A stretch of 63,900 bases of DNA from Paraspadella gotoi (GCA_051294375.1 CM119266.1:14063614-14127513); one strand, 5' to 3'; shown: positions 1 through 14,402, counted from the stretch's first letter. Numbers and translations: made by a program. Notes: generated by a model not told the origin, from the letters alone.

Positions 1-500
1 ATAAATATTAAAAAAATACTTACTAGCCCTATTAGAAATTTTTTGTCCATTGAAAGTATTCTTAAAAATGTCTAAATATTCGTTTGAGCATGTACTCCCT
101 CTAAATTTTTGACTCACCCCATTGAGTTGGGCTACACCTACTAGAAGCATTAGTTTTAAATATTTTTTATAATTACCTACTTTTTTTCAAGACTGGTTAG
201 TTAATTTATAAATTTGAAATAAACTGTTATCAAATTAGATAGCTTACTTACAATTATAATGCAACTTTTGATACAATGGCTTTTTCAACACTTTTAGTCT
301 TGTGATTCACCAATTTTCCATATTGCTTTCTAAATTTAATCAAATCGACGAAAAATGTTGTTGCTATTACTTGTAGCTTTTAGGTAATTATAATTAATGC
401 AAAAAAAATTATTTAGAGCAATTCGAAAACATGAAAACACGAGTTTAACTCATCATTCTTGTTTTAAAACAGAATGGGGCAAAGTTATTCTGCCCGTCTG
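1..500. mobile_element. AT-rich, CpG-poor, microsatellite-free segment; possible end of a non-autonomous DNA transposon truncated by the window edge
   Basis: Composition contrasts with the CpG/CT-rich flank and resembles the TIR element at 48330-50779. It ends in a structured motif, CAGAATGGGGCAAAGTTATTCTGCCC (~470-495). The other terminus is not visible. Confidence 0.25.
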
Positions 501-635
501 TCTGTTGTAAGTTGACATAGTAGATTTAAGGGTAACATTTTTTCGTCCATTCGGAAAATTTGAAGGGTGAACTGAGATGATTGTGAGATGATGATGACGA
601 TGAGGATTAGAATGACGTAGGCAATTACGACGAAT

Positions 636-666
636 CGACGACGACGACAACGACGACGACGACGAC
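636..666. repeat. (GAC)n trinucleotide microsatellite
   Basis: cgacgacgacgacaacgacgacgacgacgac read directly. Confidence 0.95.
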
Positions 667-1576
667 ACAGTTACCCCTGACTCTCCTCCCCCCCCTCTCG
701 TTTTGCCCCGAGGCCTCCCGTGTGCCCCTCGAATGAGTTGGATCGTAACCGATTGTAAGGTTTGTAACGAATCATTGTAAAAACCGGATGAGGGCTTCCT
801 TCGTCCCCTCNNNNNNNNNNNNNNNNNNNNNNNNNNNNNNNNNNNNNNNNNNNNNNNNNNNNNNNNNNNNNNNNNNNNNNNNNNNNNNNNNNNNNNNNNN
901 NNNNNNNNNNNNNNNNNNNNNNNNNNNNNNNNNNNNNNNNNNNNNNNNNNNNNNNNNNNNNNNNNNNNNNNNNNNNNNNNNNNNNNNNNNNNNNNNNNNN
1001 NNNNNNNNNNNNNNNNNNNNNNNNNNNNNNNNNNNNNNNNNNNNNNNNNNNNNNNNNNNNNNNNNNNNNNNNNNNNNNNNNNNNNNNNNNNNNNNNNNNN
1101 NNNNNNNNNNNNNNNNNNNNNNNNNNNNNNNNTTTTATCGCTGTCCGAAAAAAAAAGGTTTTTCCGGCTTCTTTTCGACGTTTTTCCGAAGACTCGGTCG
1201 AATTAAAGAGGAAGTTCGCGATTCCCTTTTTTTTCCTCTTCGATTTCTCTTCTGCTGCCGGAAATAAGACTCGAAGGAGGGCGCTTCTGTTAGTCGAAAG
1301 GCGAAACGATTACATTTCGAAAGTCGTAATTAATGTTAATAGTTCTGTTGTACAAGGAAATAACGTGTCGTTGCTCGTTTGTTAGACTCCGTAAGAAGAA
1401 TTATTGGCTCGTTGAACTTTCGCTTGTATTTTCGAACTTTTGGCTACAACTCGGACGATCGTAATGCGAAGGAAAGGGGATCGAGCACGATCGCGGATCG
1501 ATTAGTGTAACAGTTATATCAACTTTCGCTCTTTCTTTGTCTACTTCTCTCACGTTTTCTTTATTTTCTAACGTCT

Positions 1577-1608
<32 letters not shown>

Positions 1609-2167
1609 CTCTCTCTCGTCTGCTCTCTCAATGCTCCTCTCTCTCTCTACGTCGTACATCTCATCTCTCTCTCTCTCTCTTCTTTAATTTTCAGGCAGTG
1701 AAAATTGTAGGTCAATGCCAGAATTAAAAACGATAAATTATCAACTTTTTCCTGGGTTTTTTTTTTCTTCTTCTTAAGTTTTATTTCCTCAATTTTTTTT
1801 CCTTTCCGTCTTCACTTCCAAACTTTTCTTCGAAAAACCCATCGCCCGCGCGGGGAAAAAAAAGTTTCTTTCTTAATTGTTATTTCTTTCCGGCAAAACC
1901 TTTTCCTTTCTTCTTTTTTTTGTTTTGAGGGGGGGGACTCCCGCTCGCAATCTTATCTTTTTTCCTTCAAAAAATATCTTAAGATTCGTGCGTGTGTACA
2001 GATATTGTCAAGTCTAAATATTAAAATTAAAGTCTCAGATTCAGCATACCTCGTTCAATTTCTTCCGCGCCTCGGATAGATTGACTTTGCTTTTAAACGA
2101 CTTGAATTTTTTTTTTTTTTTTGAAGCTTCTTTGGATCTTGTCGCTACGCGCTATTCGTTTTTTCCG

Positions 2168-2221
2168 TCTCTCTCTCTTTCTGCTCTACTTCTTCTCTCT
2201 TTCTCTCTCTCTCTCTCTCTT

Positions 2222-2274
<53 letters not shown>

Positions 2275-2282
2275 CTCTCTTT
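2168..2282. repeat. interrupted (CT)n microsatellite
   Basis: read directly. Confidence 0.9.
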
Positions 2283-3205
2283 TCTTTCTTCGCGGCCCAA
2301 ATTTTGGGGGATCATCTTCAAATCTAAATCTGTCTGTCGGCCACTGGGGCCTCCTTCCGTCCGATGCTTGGTTTGGCGAGCGAAAATCGCCCGGCACTGA
2401 GCTCTCTTTTTTTTCCTTCTTTACAAGTGTTGATAATTCTTTTTTCACTTTTTGTTTTTGGTGTCTTCTTTCTTTCGCTTTATCTCCAATTCCTTTTTAT
2501 TCTGCATATTGACATCCTTGACTGAAGACTGAAGACAATGAGTTTTATACGTTTCCTTTTTTTTTCCGAATAATTCATTCTTACATTTTTTATAATACGA
2601 AATCTTAATTGCAGTCTTCAAAGAAGTTTCCTTCGTTGAAGAGTCGCTGCCACGAGCGCCTTTCAATATTTTATCTCTTTTTTGAGTCGAGATGAATAAT
2701 TCACTCTCCANNNNNNNNNNACGGAGACGACGGCGTAACGAGATTTCGGCAAAAAGCGACGGCGCGAAAACCGCAAAGAGCTTCGCCTCGTTGATCGCCG
2801 GAGATTCTCGGCATCTTCGGTTAAACGCGCCGGAATTTTGAGCCGAGAGGTGCTCGTCGGATCTTGATGTCCATAGACCAATACTGTCGAGTTATTTAAG
2901 TCTGTGTAATACGTACAATGATTTTAAGTTGCCCAATGGCACGATCATAGTTCGAAACTGGGATTAGGCGGGTTGCATTTGAATGACGAGATACTTCATA
3001 GTAAATCGCTCAAGTAACCTTACTTTAACGTTTAGTAAACGCTTAGGGAATTGGGAGATAAACGTTTAAATTTTAGGCAATACAGAAGATACTGAAAATC
3101 TAAAGGCAATTCTCCTATCTTTGCCAATCCGGAAAGTAAACCTCAGCGAATCGTCGTCGATAGATCCTCCTTGACAAATGNNNNNNNNNNNNNNNNNNNN
3201 NNNNN

Positions 3206-3247
<42 letters not shown>

Positions 3248-6200
3248 CAAAGCTTTTTCTCTCTGTTTCGTCGTTGCGAAAATAAAATCAATACTTGTCA
3301 GATGTCAAATATATATTTTATAAAAAAAAAAAAGATACAAAAATCGGAAAAATAACAGGATGAAAAAAAAAAAAATAAGGCCTAGTTAAAAAAACCAGGC
3401 AGGAGGAACAAAAGTCAAGCAGAGATTGTAAGTGGGCGTGGAAACTAACCACCAAGACGAAAAAAAAAAAAATTTGGCGGAACCGTCCGTTTTTTTTTTA
3501 TTTAAATAATAAATTTAAAAATCTGTTTAAATGTATTCTTACTCCTGAACTCTCTCCTATCCTGTGAGAAAACCTTTTTTTTTACTGGGTTATCAATAGT
3601 TGTCTTAATATTTAATGAATTTAGTTGAGACTGGATGTATTCTGATAATCCAAGTGCTGATTAAGTAAACCAGCGGCGGCTCACGTTTAGTCCTAAGCGA
3701 GTGATCTATCGATCGTGAGATGGTCGCTGAGGATTTACTTTCTCGCGATATGAGCGAAAAGGATAGGAGAAGCCTTAGATTTCAGTATCCTCTGTATTGC
3801 CTAAAAATTAAACGTTTATCTCCCAATTAACCCTAAGGCGGTGTTACTAGGCGTTAAATAATATCTGAAAGGCGACGTTTACTATGACAAGTAGTCTAGT
3901 GTAGTTCAAAATTGACTAACTGTCTATAGCGTCTGGATTATCCCTGAGTTCGAACTACTGATCTGATAGCCTCAAAGGAGGACTGAGAATCTTTCCTCAT
4001 TTAAAAAATATTGTTCTCATTCTCTGGTAGAGGCCTTAAGTGAGTTACAGCAGATACAATTATATAATGATAAATCCTTCGTATACATTTATATCCGTCC
4101 CTGGAATACAATATGAATATGGATTTAATGTTAGCAAATAGAATAGAATTATCAATAAATGCAAAAATGAAATCGGAGTGAGCCATCATGCGAGCTCAAA
4201 GGAAATTCCAACCTGTCGGGATGCGGTACTAAGTGCCCTGTCATAGCCTGTGATAATTATTATTCAGAGAATTTTGTCTCATGGGAGAACTGAGTAAGAT
4301 GGCATTCATTACGATAAGGGCGTGAATATATAGCCTCTTTTGTACATGGGTTCTGTCGCAGGACCAGATCGGATCTACCTGTTATGGATGAGGAACAGCA
4401 TGAGTAGTAAGGTGGCTGATAGTTTGTTCATTTTCAAACAGTGATATCGTTGTATGACCAGTATATACTGCGCTAAGTTACCTCCCAAGCAATCTAATAA
4501 AGCCTAAATTTGATCATACCGTTAATTATGAATCAATTTCACTGTTGGATATTGGAGAGGTTGTGTGCAGAGAGTGAGATATATCTCAATCTGCGTCCGC
4601 ACATCAAAAATTCAATATACTAGAAGTCAAAAAAAAATATATGGACATTCGCTACAAGGTTGCGCTAAGGTTAGTATGCTCGTGTTTTCCCGCTTCACTG
4701 GCTAAGCGCTCTTTTTTTAATTTAATTTAATTACAGGTGGTTCATTTTTAAAAATAAAAATAAGATCAACTAATTTGTGTTCATCTTGCAAACTTTTCTT
4801 GTTTTAGGTTTTAGAAAACTCCTATTGCCAAGAGCCATAACACGATTGCCTACGTTTAACCACTTTTTCTTTCGGGTTCTTCTCTTTTTGCTGCAACCAA
4901 AAGAATTATGTGGGCTAATATTATGATATCCTGGGCTCTCTGTTCCAAAATTGTATTTTATTGATAATTTTTAAACTTATATCGCTTAAAGCCACCGCAG
5001 AACTATCAATTCTTATACGAAAGCGCAAAAACCTTTATAGCCTATCCCTTAAAAGCCACATGTATTTTCAACTTTATATAATTAAAGTATTTTAAATCCA
5101 AGTATAACTTACTTTTAAATCCCAATGTAAGAATGTTATTATATATATAAAATATGGAAGATAGTCTTATCCATAATCGTAGTTAATAAAAAAATACTCA
5201 CATTTGTAACTACTAAACTATCATGGATTCATAACCTCCTTCAAAAGAAGATGATCATATTCCACATTGTCCCACCCAGCCCTTTCCTGTAATATAAAGC
5301 CGGTCATTTAGATATTTTAGTCGAGAATTTTATATTCCAACGATAAAGAATAATAAGAAACACAAACCATTATACCCTCACACAAAGAAGGAAATTGAAT
5401 GAAATGTAAGAAATAAATCTATTAGAAAACTAGACACTTGAGTTGTGAAGAAGAGACTAAACCCTAGATAAGTATTATAGCTTTTAGTTTCGCCCATCGA
5501 GCCCAGCACTGACTTTCCGATTTCCTCTCAAACTTGATCCTCGGCCCAACCACCATAGTCTCGCATCAGTACAGATGAAAACATTTTTTAAGAGAAGAAA
5601 GAGAACCAGCAACGTCTATAGTAGTCCTTCAGTGTGCCACGAAGTATTATTAAGTTAATTATATGAAAGTAAACGGATTACACGCCTAACTCCTTCATAT
5701 AAAAATATATAAAATTTGCTCACGCCAGACAAGAAGAAAATAGATTGAAGATGAGAAACGAAGAATAGAAGGTAAAATTATTGCAGAGTATATATATTAG
5801 AAAGATGCTAAGTCATAGACCAGAGAGACGAGAGATTCTTGTTATGTTCCTTGAGTTTAAGAAGAATCAGAAAAGAGTTAAGAGAGAGAGAGATCATGAC
5901 TGTGCGAAATTATAACGATAGCTCGAGTGTAAGCGACAAGTACAGAGACAGAGATCTTTCAAAATCTAGAGAGAGTAAATAATCAAAACGGCCAATTCGC
6001 TGGTGATAAAAAATTATAGTGGTTCAACCCTTCGTATAGTGCTCGTTTCCGTAAATATGCTGATAATTTTGAACGATATTGTTTATATATATGCGTGACA
6101 TGAAGATACAACTATAAACTTAGTCTTGATATTAACAGACCACGCGAATCTTAAGATATTTTTTGGGGATAAATATATACGTTATATTGGAGTAGATGAT

Positions 6201-9200
6201 TCGGAACATGGTGATACCCTCTTCCCTTCTCATAATAATATAGATTATTAAATTAAAAAAAGAAAGGAAAAAGGTTTGGGCCGTGAAAGAAATATAAAAG
6301 TCTCAGAAGAGATAACCCTTATATTTTTTTACCCGGCTCCGGACCTTCTGCTGCATGGCGCTTTCGAAACGTAGACACTCGGGCAATAAGAAGCATCTGA
6401 GTGAACACAAAAAGAATAAACATTGTTCACTGAGATAAAGTATCTCAAGAACATAAATAGACACACCAAAGAAAATTAAATCTCAAAGTGATAGATATAC
6501 GATTGATTGTAGATTGATCCAAGTGTCTCCCATCGGGGCCATTGACACTACATTACCATGCGCACCGGTATGGCGTTGAAATATTAAAGCCAGATGAGAA
6601 GAGTCTAAATTGATAAAAGAATTTGCAATATCAGGATTTTTTTCCAAAATGGATTTCCTCCACTTAATCATGGAGATGAGGTATGAGTTAAAGACATTTG
6701 TGTCATAATGTAGCTTTGTTTCCTGATGATCGCATTCGTCGATGAGAGATAGATGGGAATGAAATAGATGATATAATAGGTTATAATTGGGTGTCATCTT
6801 GGTAGTATCCGAGGTCCGAATGAGAAGGTGTGCTCGTATAGGACGAATATGTTGGAAGAGGAGGAGAGTGTACTGAGATATATGAGAGAAAGGTACTGGC
6901 AAGGTGAAGAAATATGTTGTGGTATGAGCACTAGATTGAGTTATGCAAAGAAAGATCGAAGTTGATATAAACTGGTTACACTAATTTTCGATCCGCGATC
7001 GTGCTCGATCCCCTTCCTTCGCATTACGATCGCCGAGTTGTAGCCAAAAGTTCGAAAATTACAAGCGAAAGTTCAACGAGCAATAAATTCTCTTAGCGGA
7101 GTTCTTAACAAACGTGAGTAACCTAATATACTACCTTGTACACAGAACTATAACATTAATTTACGACTTTCGAAATGTAATCGTTTCGCCTTTGTTCGAC
7201 TAACAGAAGCGCGTCCTCCTTCGAGGTCTTAATTTCCGGCAGCTAGAAGAGATAAATCGAAGAGGAAAAAAAAGGGAATCGCTAGCGAGGATGTTATGTG
7301 AGTCTTTCGTACTTATGATGGGAATAATCAGATTTTCGTCGATTTCCGGCCTAAATAATGCTGTTTAAATCTAAAAAAATTATATAGTTCAAGTTCCAAT
7401 ACAAAGTTTGTGGCAATATGCGGCATATCTTGGGAAAGCGTAGTGGTCTTTGGGTAATGTTATGTATTCTTGATGTGTGTGTAGAGCGCGAGCAAATCTT
7501 TTTGACATTGTTAATATTTTTTATAAGTTGCAATTTTAAAAGGACTGGTGTTTGTGGCCTTTTTTTAAATGTTTCTTTTCCCTAACTTTGTCGTATCTCA
7601 ATTAAAACAAAAGGAATTTTTTGGTTTGGACAGATAATGTATAGGACCATTCTTGTTACACTTGGCTTTCATTCGATTAGTTAATGATCATACTGTGTAA
7701 AATTTCTTTTGCTAAGCTGTGCTTGCTTTTTTTTTAAGCAATCAAGATAAAACTGCGTTTTTCAGTTCGTTAATTTTGTTTTATACCGTCGTGCCCTATC
7801 AGATAGAGTAATTTCGAGTTTATCAGAGTAGCTAGGTGTTTAAACTTTCTCTTTTTTGGGGTCGAGCGCGCGAAAATATATTTAAACTATTTAATCTTAA
7901 TAGCATAGAGTAAATCTTAAATAATGATTTTTCTTTCGATTAAATCCGCTTAACATTCTTTGTTTTATTGCTCCGCTGGCGCCCGTATTGAATTTGCCCT
8001 GCGTTAAAGATATCTTAGTTTCTTTGTACGCGTGCATGCGCTCGGAAGGCCTCTATGTCTGGGTTGTTGGCTCCTCGCTGATCTTTTGTTGGATGTTCTG
8101 ATAATCTTCGGTGATGGCCTCTGGTGACATGAACGGGTCATTTCTCTCTGGGTTATTTCTCTCGCTAATGGATTCTTGTGGATGCTGGTTGAGTAATTTT
8201 AAACAAATATTTTTCATAAATTATAGAATTCTATTATATCAGCGGCTCGTATGCGATTGCGCATTTTACAAAGGAGATAACGCAAATCTCCTTGTGTTTC
8301 TAACTTGGACCATTGTCTATGGGTTTTTTTCCTAACGTCTTTCCCCCTATTAACATGGCCACTCTTCTTTAATAATAAATAACTAATGTTGCATAAATTC
8401 TAAAGTATTAAGAAAGAATAATTAAGATTTAATGTCTAATGTTAATGATGACAGAGATAGTAGTTTGTGTTTATAGTCCTGTAAGTTGGGTTAAGGGAAG
8501 AATGTGATGGTGGTGAGGACAATATAATTTCACTTACGGCGCAACATTAAATTGTTTTTCATGATATAAATTTATTCTGGGTATTATTGATTTCTCTTCT
8601 TATCCTGTCTTTTATCTTCATGCCGAATATTTTTTTTGGTCGCAGTTTCTAATATCATACGCGTCCAAATATTAGGCGGTGCAGTTTGTCTCCCCTCTTT
8701 TGAATGTCCTTGTCGAATAATAATAGGGATCTTCTTTAATTAGTTTGAAACTACTTAAGGGAATATTCACCCGGAAGAACATAACAATAATGTCTTTCGC
8801 TAATCCTGGATATATCTAATCTGACGGTCCGTACTATACTCTCTGGATCTATGACCTGGGGTCCATTTCCACTCGTTTTTTATAGTAACCGCGGTTTGCT
8901 TCACATTCAACTTGAAAGGCCAAGGAATTATATGTTCGTGCTTTGAAATCATCTTAGCATTTGTGCTTTCGTAGATAGCATAATATATATATATATATAA
9001 TCTCGACATGAGGTTGGTCCTCAAAAAACTTCGGTATTGATTTAATCATCGAGAAATGAAACGAATCCTTGAGCGGAACTTCTCCAAAGAGGCCGGGTTA
9101 TACGTTTTCTCTATACCTCTTTCCCTCATTCACGTATATAATAACGATCGTTTTCTAAGAAACGTGCCCTACGTCGTGCTTCGCAAATCTTCAGCTATTT

Positions 9201-10190
9201 ATCTATGCGCCTGATCACACGGAATCTCGATCGCTTCTTCATATCTCCTATTCTGCAATGTTAGATTTCCAGGCCGGGATAGATAGATTTTTTACTTGCG
9301 TCCGAGATATATTGTTATATCACGTTTCAACAATAGATTGAACTTAGTGAAGGAATATCTGGTATAATGTAGTTCTGAATAACAAAAGAAGCTTCTTAAA
9401 AAAAAGACGTGGCCGGCGTATGTGGCAGAAATTATACTTATTCTTTCAACTGCTTGAAAAGGACGAATATTCCTTTCGGCTATTTGTTAAATGAGGAAAA
9501 TACACATTTTGATACCTTTGGTTAATGACGTTCATCTCCCAAAACCTCAGCCTTCATTTCTTTTTGGAATAACCGCCTTATATAACTCACACCAATGTCA
9601 CATCGATTGGACAGTTATAACTTTTCTCCCCGTTCCATTCCCCACCCCTGTATTATAGTATCAGCGAAAACGCTAAATTTATGTATATTTTTTATTTATA
9701 CATTCATCCAAATAATTCATTCTACAAATAGAAAAAACGTACATCCAAATTCGTAAAGTTATTGTCGGTGTTACAGATGTTATTGAGTTTTTATTTCAAA
9801 GACGGTTTATACTCATACGCTTATTAAAACCTGTTCTAGAGGAATGCGTTTTAAATATATCTAGAAATTTGATATTGAAAATCCGGAAGGTTAGCTCTTT
9901 ATTCAGTTCATCTTCTCCTGTCATAGATTCAGTGTATTGCAGTATATTCACCTTTGTATTTAACTGAATTTTGGTTACTTAAAATTTCTATGGTGGAGTT
10001 TAATTCTTAGGCGAAGTTCACATAGATTAATTTTTGATATTAATTTTTTATTTGGTTTATAATATCTTATTCGGTCATTCTTATGTGGGAGTGTCTAATT
10101 TGCATTACTTTATCTCTTGGTACCCTTTTATATCTAATACTCTTCATAATACTCAGAATACCAATGATAAAAAATTTATTTAATATTTTT
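3206..10190 (-). other. Probable assembly artefact: low-quality long read inserted in inverted orientation after a 25-N gap
   Basis: ~3690-4000 is an indel-rich reverse complement of ~2880-3175 (GGATAGGAGAAGCCTTAGATTTCAGTATCCTCTGTATTGCC vs GGCAATACAGAAGATACTGAAAATCTAAAGGCAATTCTCCTATC). ~6950-7280 is a noisy reverse complement of ~1215-1540. The intervening sequence could not be aligned by eye. It starts right after the N25 at 3181-3205. The right boundary is approximate. Confidence 0.8.
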
Positions 10191-10191
10191 T

Positions 10192-10229
<38 letters not shown>

Positions 10230-10853
10230 TGCGTCAGATAAGAGGGATTAAAAAAAGAAGAAAGAATAGAGATGACAGACAAGTTAGGAACTTTTTCGAC
10301 GAAGAGACAGTTCTCCTTTGCAATCTTGGCTCCTCAGCAACAGTCGTCGTAATCGTCGTCGTTTTCGTCGTCGTCTGAATCGCCGTCTCCAAGCCTAGAT
10401 ATGTATCTTCTTCGCTGAGACAATCCCCTTCCGCTTCCGGCTCTTTCTCCCTTCCTTTTTATTTAAAGACGAGGGAATAAATGCTAAATACACTTCCCGT
10501 CTTTTCTTTTTTCTTTGTTCCTTTTTTTCTCTTCCTCATTTTCCCTTCTACAAGCGTATTCAATTTATTATTTTACTTCCTTTTAGGCTCACTTCGTTTT
10601 AGCTATTTTTTGCTTCCTTGATTCTTTTCTTTTTTTCCCTCCCGCTGTTTTCTTCCTTCCTCTTCCCCCCTTTTCCTCCCTTCCTCCCTTTCCACTTCCC
10701 ACCCACCCTCCAACTCACCTTGATCCTCGAGCCTCACCCAATTGAAGACCCAATCTTCTCTCAGCGATGGCCGCCATCAAAAAAGTGGGTTCGACCCATA
10801 AAATCTCCGCCTCAAAATAGTCGTCGCAGGCGGCGACTTAATCCCGACTGAGA

Positions 10854-10861
10854 CGCCGCCT

Positions 10862-10893
<32 letters not shown>

Positions 10894-10899
10894 GCCGCC
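10854..10899. repeat. (GCC)n microsatellite in a GC-rich island
   Basis: read directly. Confidence 0.95.
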
Positions 10900-11661
10900 A
10901 GAGCCATAGCAGACGACGACAATGACGACGATTTGGGATGCCCTTTCCCCCTTCACCGCTCACATTTCACACCGTGAGGTAGACGCTAGAGGGCTCTCAG
11001 AGGATACGCTCTACACCGCCGCAGATCGATCGATCGGTCCCGCCCACTGACGCCTCCTCAATATATTTGTTAATCACCGTCGCCCGACGTCCTCGCTATT
11101 GGGGCATTCTCTGATCGATCGACCCCTGGCCTCACGGGCCACATCTCGTCCGAGTCACTGATCGCTTCAACTGCCATTGGCGCCAATAATGGTACAACCA
11201 TAGAGGGCAGCGCTGCCACCTATACTTTTTTTCGTCGCCGTCTTTACACATACACGAAAGAACAAATGGTTTTGACTAACGAATCCGAAAGTTTTCACAC
11301 TCAATCACCTTGCCTCGCTTTTTACCGAAACCTTGCCTGACCGATGTGACCAAGTGACTATGCCCCTACCCTTAACTCCCTTTGCCAATGTCTCGCTCTC
11401 CCCCTACCTTCCTCATCCCACCTCTTTAATCGCCTCACCCTTCCGACGCCTAGAATCTTCCTCCCCGATTAATTTTCGTCTCAACGCTCCTTCCCCCTTC
11501 GATCCAGACGACCTTACCCTCGGCCTAACCCTCGAACTCGCGCCGCATCGAACTTACCCAGGATCCTAAGTCCTTACCCTCTTCCTACCCCGCATCTGAC
11601 GGGATTTCCTCGGTGGCGGCGGAAGCCGAGATTAAAGGCCTCCATTCATCCGGCGCCTGAG

Positions 11662-11722
11662 AACGACGACGACCATGATGCCGACCACGACGACGACCAT
11701 GATGACGACCACGACGACGACC
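11662..11722. repeat. 12-bp period (GACGACCAYGAY)n tandem repeat
   Basis: acgacgacgaccatgatgccgaccacgacgacgaccatgatgacgaccacgacgacgacc. Confidence 0.8.
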
Positions 11723-12867
11723 AGGGCGCCGCGTTAATCGGCGTGAGATTGGAAACAAATCCCACCCTTTTTCTTGTCGGTCAGTCCTGTCGGTCTTTCG
11801 GCCATCAAGAGAATGGCCACTTGATAAAGAGATATTAGCGATCCTATTTCGTATTACTATTTCTCAATTCACTTCACATTTGTTTGCACTTCTTAGTTCA
11901 TTTTCACAACGTTTCGTCGTTTTATTTATTTTTTTTTTGTCTCTTTTTCTCTTTCATACGTTTTTGTTCTTTTGGTTTTTTTTTTCTCGTTAGGCGAAGA
12001 CGTTTTGCCGTTTGCCGTCATTCTTCACTTCCTCCTCTCAATGTAATTTAGGCTTTCAAACATTGTTGCTCGTCATCGTTTNNNNNNNNNNNNNNNNNNN
12101 NNNNNNNNNNNNNNNNNNNNNNNNNNNNNNNNNNNNNNNNNNNNNNNNNNNNNNNNNNNNNNNNNNNNNNNNNNNNNNNNNNNNNNNNNNNNNNNNNNNN
12201 NNNNNNNNNNNNNNNNNNNNNNNNNNNNNNNNNNNNNNNNNNNNNNNNNNNNNNNNNNNNNNNNNNNNNNNNNNNNNNNNNNNNNNNNNNNNNNNNNNNN
12301 NNNNNNNNNNNNNNNNNNNNNNNNNNNNNNNNNNNNNNNNNNNNNNNNNNNNNNNNNNNNNNNNNNNNNNNNNNNNNNNNNNNNNNNNNNNNNNNNNNNN
12401 NNNNNNNNNNNNNNNNNNNNNNNNNNNNNNNNNNNNNNNNNNNNNNNNNNNNNNNNNNNNNNNNNNNNNNNNNNNNNNNNNNNNNNNNNNNNNNNNNNNN
12501 NNNNNNNNNNNNNNNNNNNNNNNNNNNNNNNNNNNNNNNNNNNNNNNNNNNNNNNNNNNNNNNNNNNNNNNNNNNNNNNNNNNNNNNNNNNNNNNNNNNN
12601 NNNNNNNNNNNNNNNNNNNNNNNNNNNNNNNNNNNNNNNNNNNNNNNNNNCGGAGCCTCCCTCTCCATCCGTGTTGTTGTGTCATTTTTTCGTAGTTTGT
12701 CTTTCTGCGAGGAGAGACGGATCCATCTGACCGCACGGGGCCTCCTCTTCCTCCTCTTCCTCCTCTTCCTCCTCCTTGTTGTCCCCGATCCGAAGATAAA
12801 CAAATCGGTAAGGTCTCGGCCCTGGTAAGTGAGGTCAACTGCTGCCATGACATTCAGCGTCTTTGGT

Positions 12868-13181
12868 TCAATGTAGAAGTGGTTCCCGAGATATCTCCTT
12901 ATTATTTCTGTGAACGCAACGATGCATCATCGGGAAAGTCCTGGGTTCAAGGTAGTAGTAGTTTGCTGTAAGAAAAACGTCATTTTTTAAATATCCTATA
13001 ATGATATCTGACTTTCAACGCTGACCCTTTAATTCCATTGGCAGATCATCTCGATGTCTCCTGGATGGAATACAGTCTGGGGATTTGAAAATTTATATCG
13101 TTTTATTGGATCGTAAATGGCTGTTTGAATGGGGAGCAATATACGTATATGGCCTTCTTTATTTATTCTGGCTTACTCTGG

Positions 13182-13243
<62 letters not shown>

Positions 13244-14357
13244 CCCTTCTTTTTAAGTATTTACCCCACTTTTTCTTTAGAAGATTAACTTCTTTTTCAC
13301 TTAATACCCTGGGTAACCTTGGAGATTAAAAGTTACAACTGCGTGCGGGAAAAGAGAGAAAACTTTTTCTCTCTCTCTCTCTCTCTTTTTTTTTTAATTA
13401 TCCTGTTCAAACTTTGACCCGTTTTCTGTGTTATTGTTTTTACTTAAAGACGAACCAAATATTGATCCTGGCACGCACTTCATTTCGGATTTCCCCCGAC
13501 GCCGAAAAGCGTCTCTTTTTTTCTCTCTTAAATTCGAAGGCGCCAAAAATTTAACCGACTGGTTAATTTCACCGAAACGAGGCCGTCACATATTTTGCCG
13601 TTTCATCGAATATTAGTCGAACCGCTGTTTCAAATTTTATTCCGAGCTGTTTGTATTACCGACTGATGACGGGGTTGTTAACACGACACGAAATAACCAT
13701 ACGTTTTTTAAAGATTTAAATTCTGCATTGTATCTGTATATGTATTCTTCCTCTTCAACCCGCCTCCGTTAGTCTTTGCCTTCAAATCCAATCCCAAAAA
13801 AAAAAGCTCCGTCATTTCCAGAAAATCTTAGAATAAAAAAGTTCCTTATTTAAAATAATTTCGTTCCATTCGCATTTCATCATGTTTTCCCCCTTGATTA
13901 ATATTATTCGTCTTTCCCCCTTCTCGTCTCCTCCTTTCTCCACTTCATTCCCCCCCCCCGCGCGCCTTCTTTTTTTCCTTTATTTCCTTTTCTTTTTCTC
14001 TTTTCTTTCTTATCCCTTCAAGAAATTCCAGGCGCCGGCGGCGGCGGAAAATCCGCTTTCGGCTCCCGCGTCTCCACTAGCAACCGCCAAAAAGAAAAAA
14101 GCTCACTTTTCCTTTCTTTATCTTTTTTTTTTTTTTCAAACCGTTTTTTTTTTTCCATCTCTTCTGCATCTTTACTTACTTTATCTCTCTTGTCCTCATT
14201 CTTTTGTTTGGAACCATTTTCTTTGTTTCTTCTCTCACCTCCCCCGTTAATCGGACCCCCGCGAACTTGAGAGACTAAAAATCCCCCCGACCATGAAGTC
14301 TCCAGCTGAGAGAAAAGAGGAGAGAGAAGAGAGAGAGAAGAGAGAGAGAGAGAGAGC

Positions 14358-14402
<45 letters not shown>

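Noticed and set aside
4000-10190. Horizontally acquired or viral island (different composition; ORF 6483-6902)
   Set aside because: It has no coherent ORFs and is interleaved with noisy inverted copies of 1215-3175. Low-quality read sequence is the better explanation.
11360-11590. Telomere-like CTAACCC/TTACCC words
   Set aside because: Scattered and not tandem; expected in C/T-rich sequence.
12696-12971. + strand open frame FVFLRGETDPSDRTGPPLPPLPP...WVQG after a tttttcgtag acceptor
   Set aside because: It is partly built from a (CCT)n repeat, has a weak donor and no recognisable homology, and overlaps the better phase-consistent minus-strand model. It is not fully excluded.
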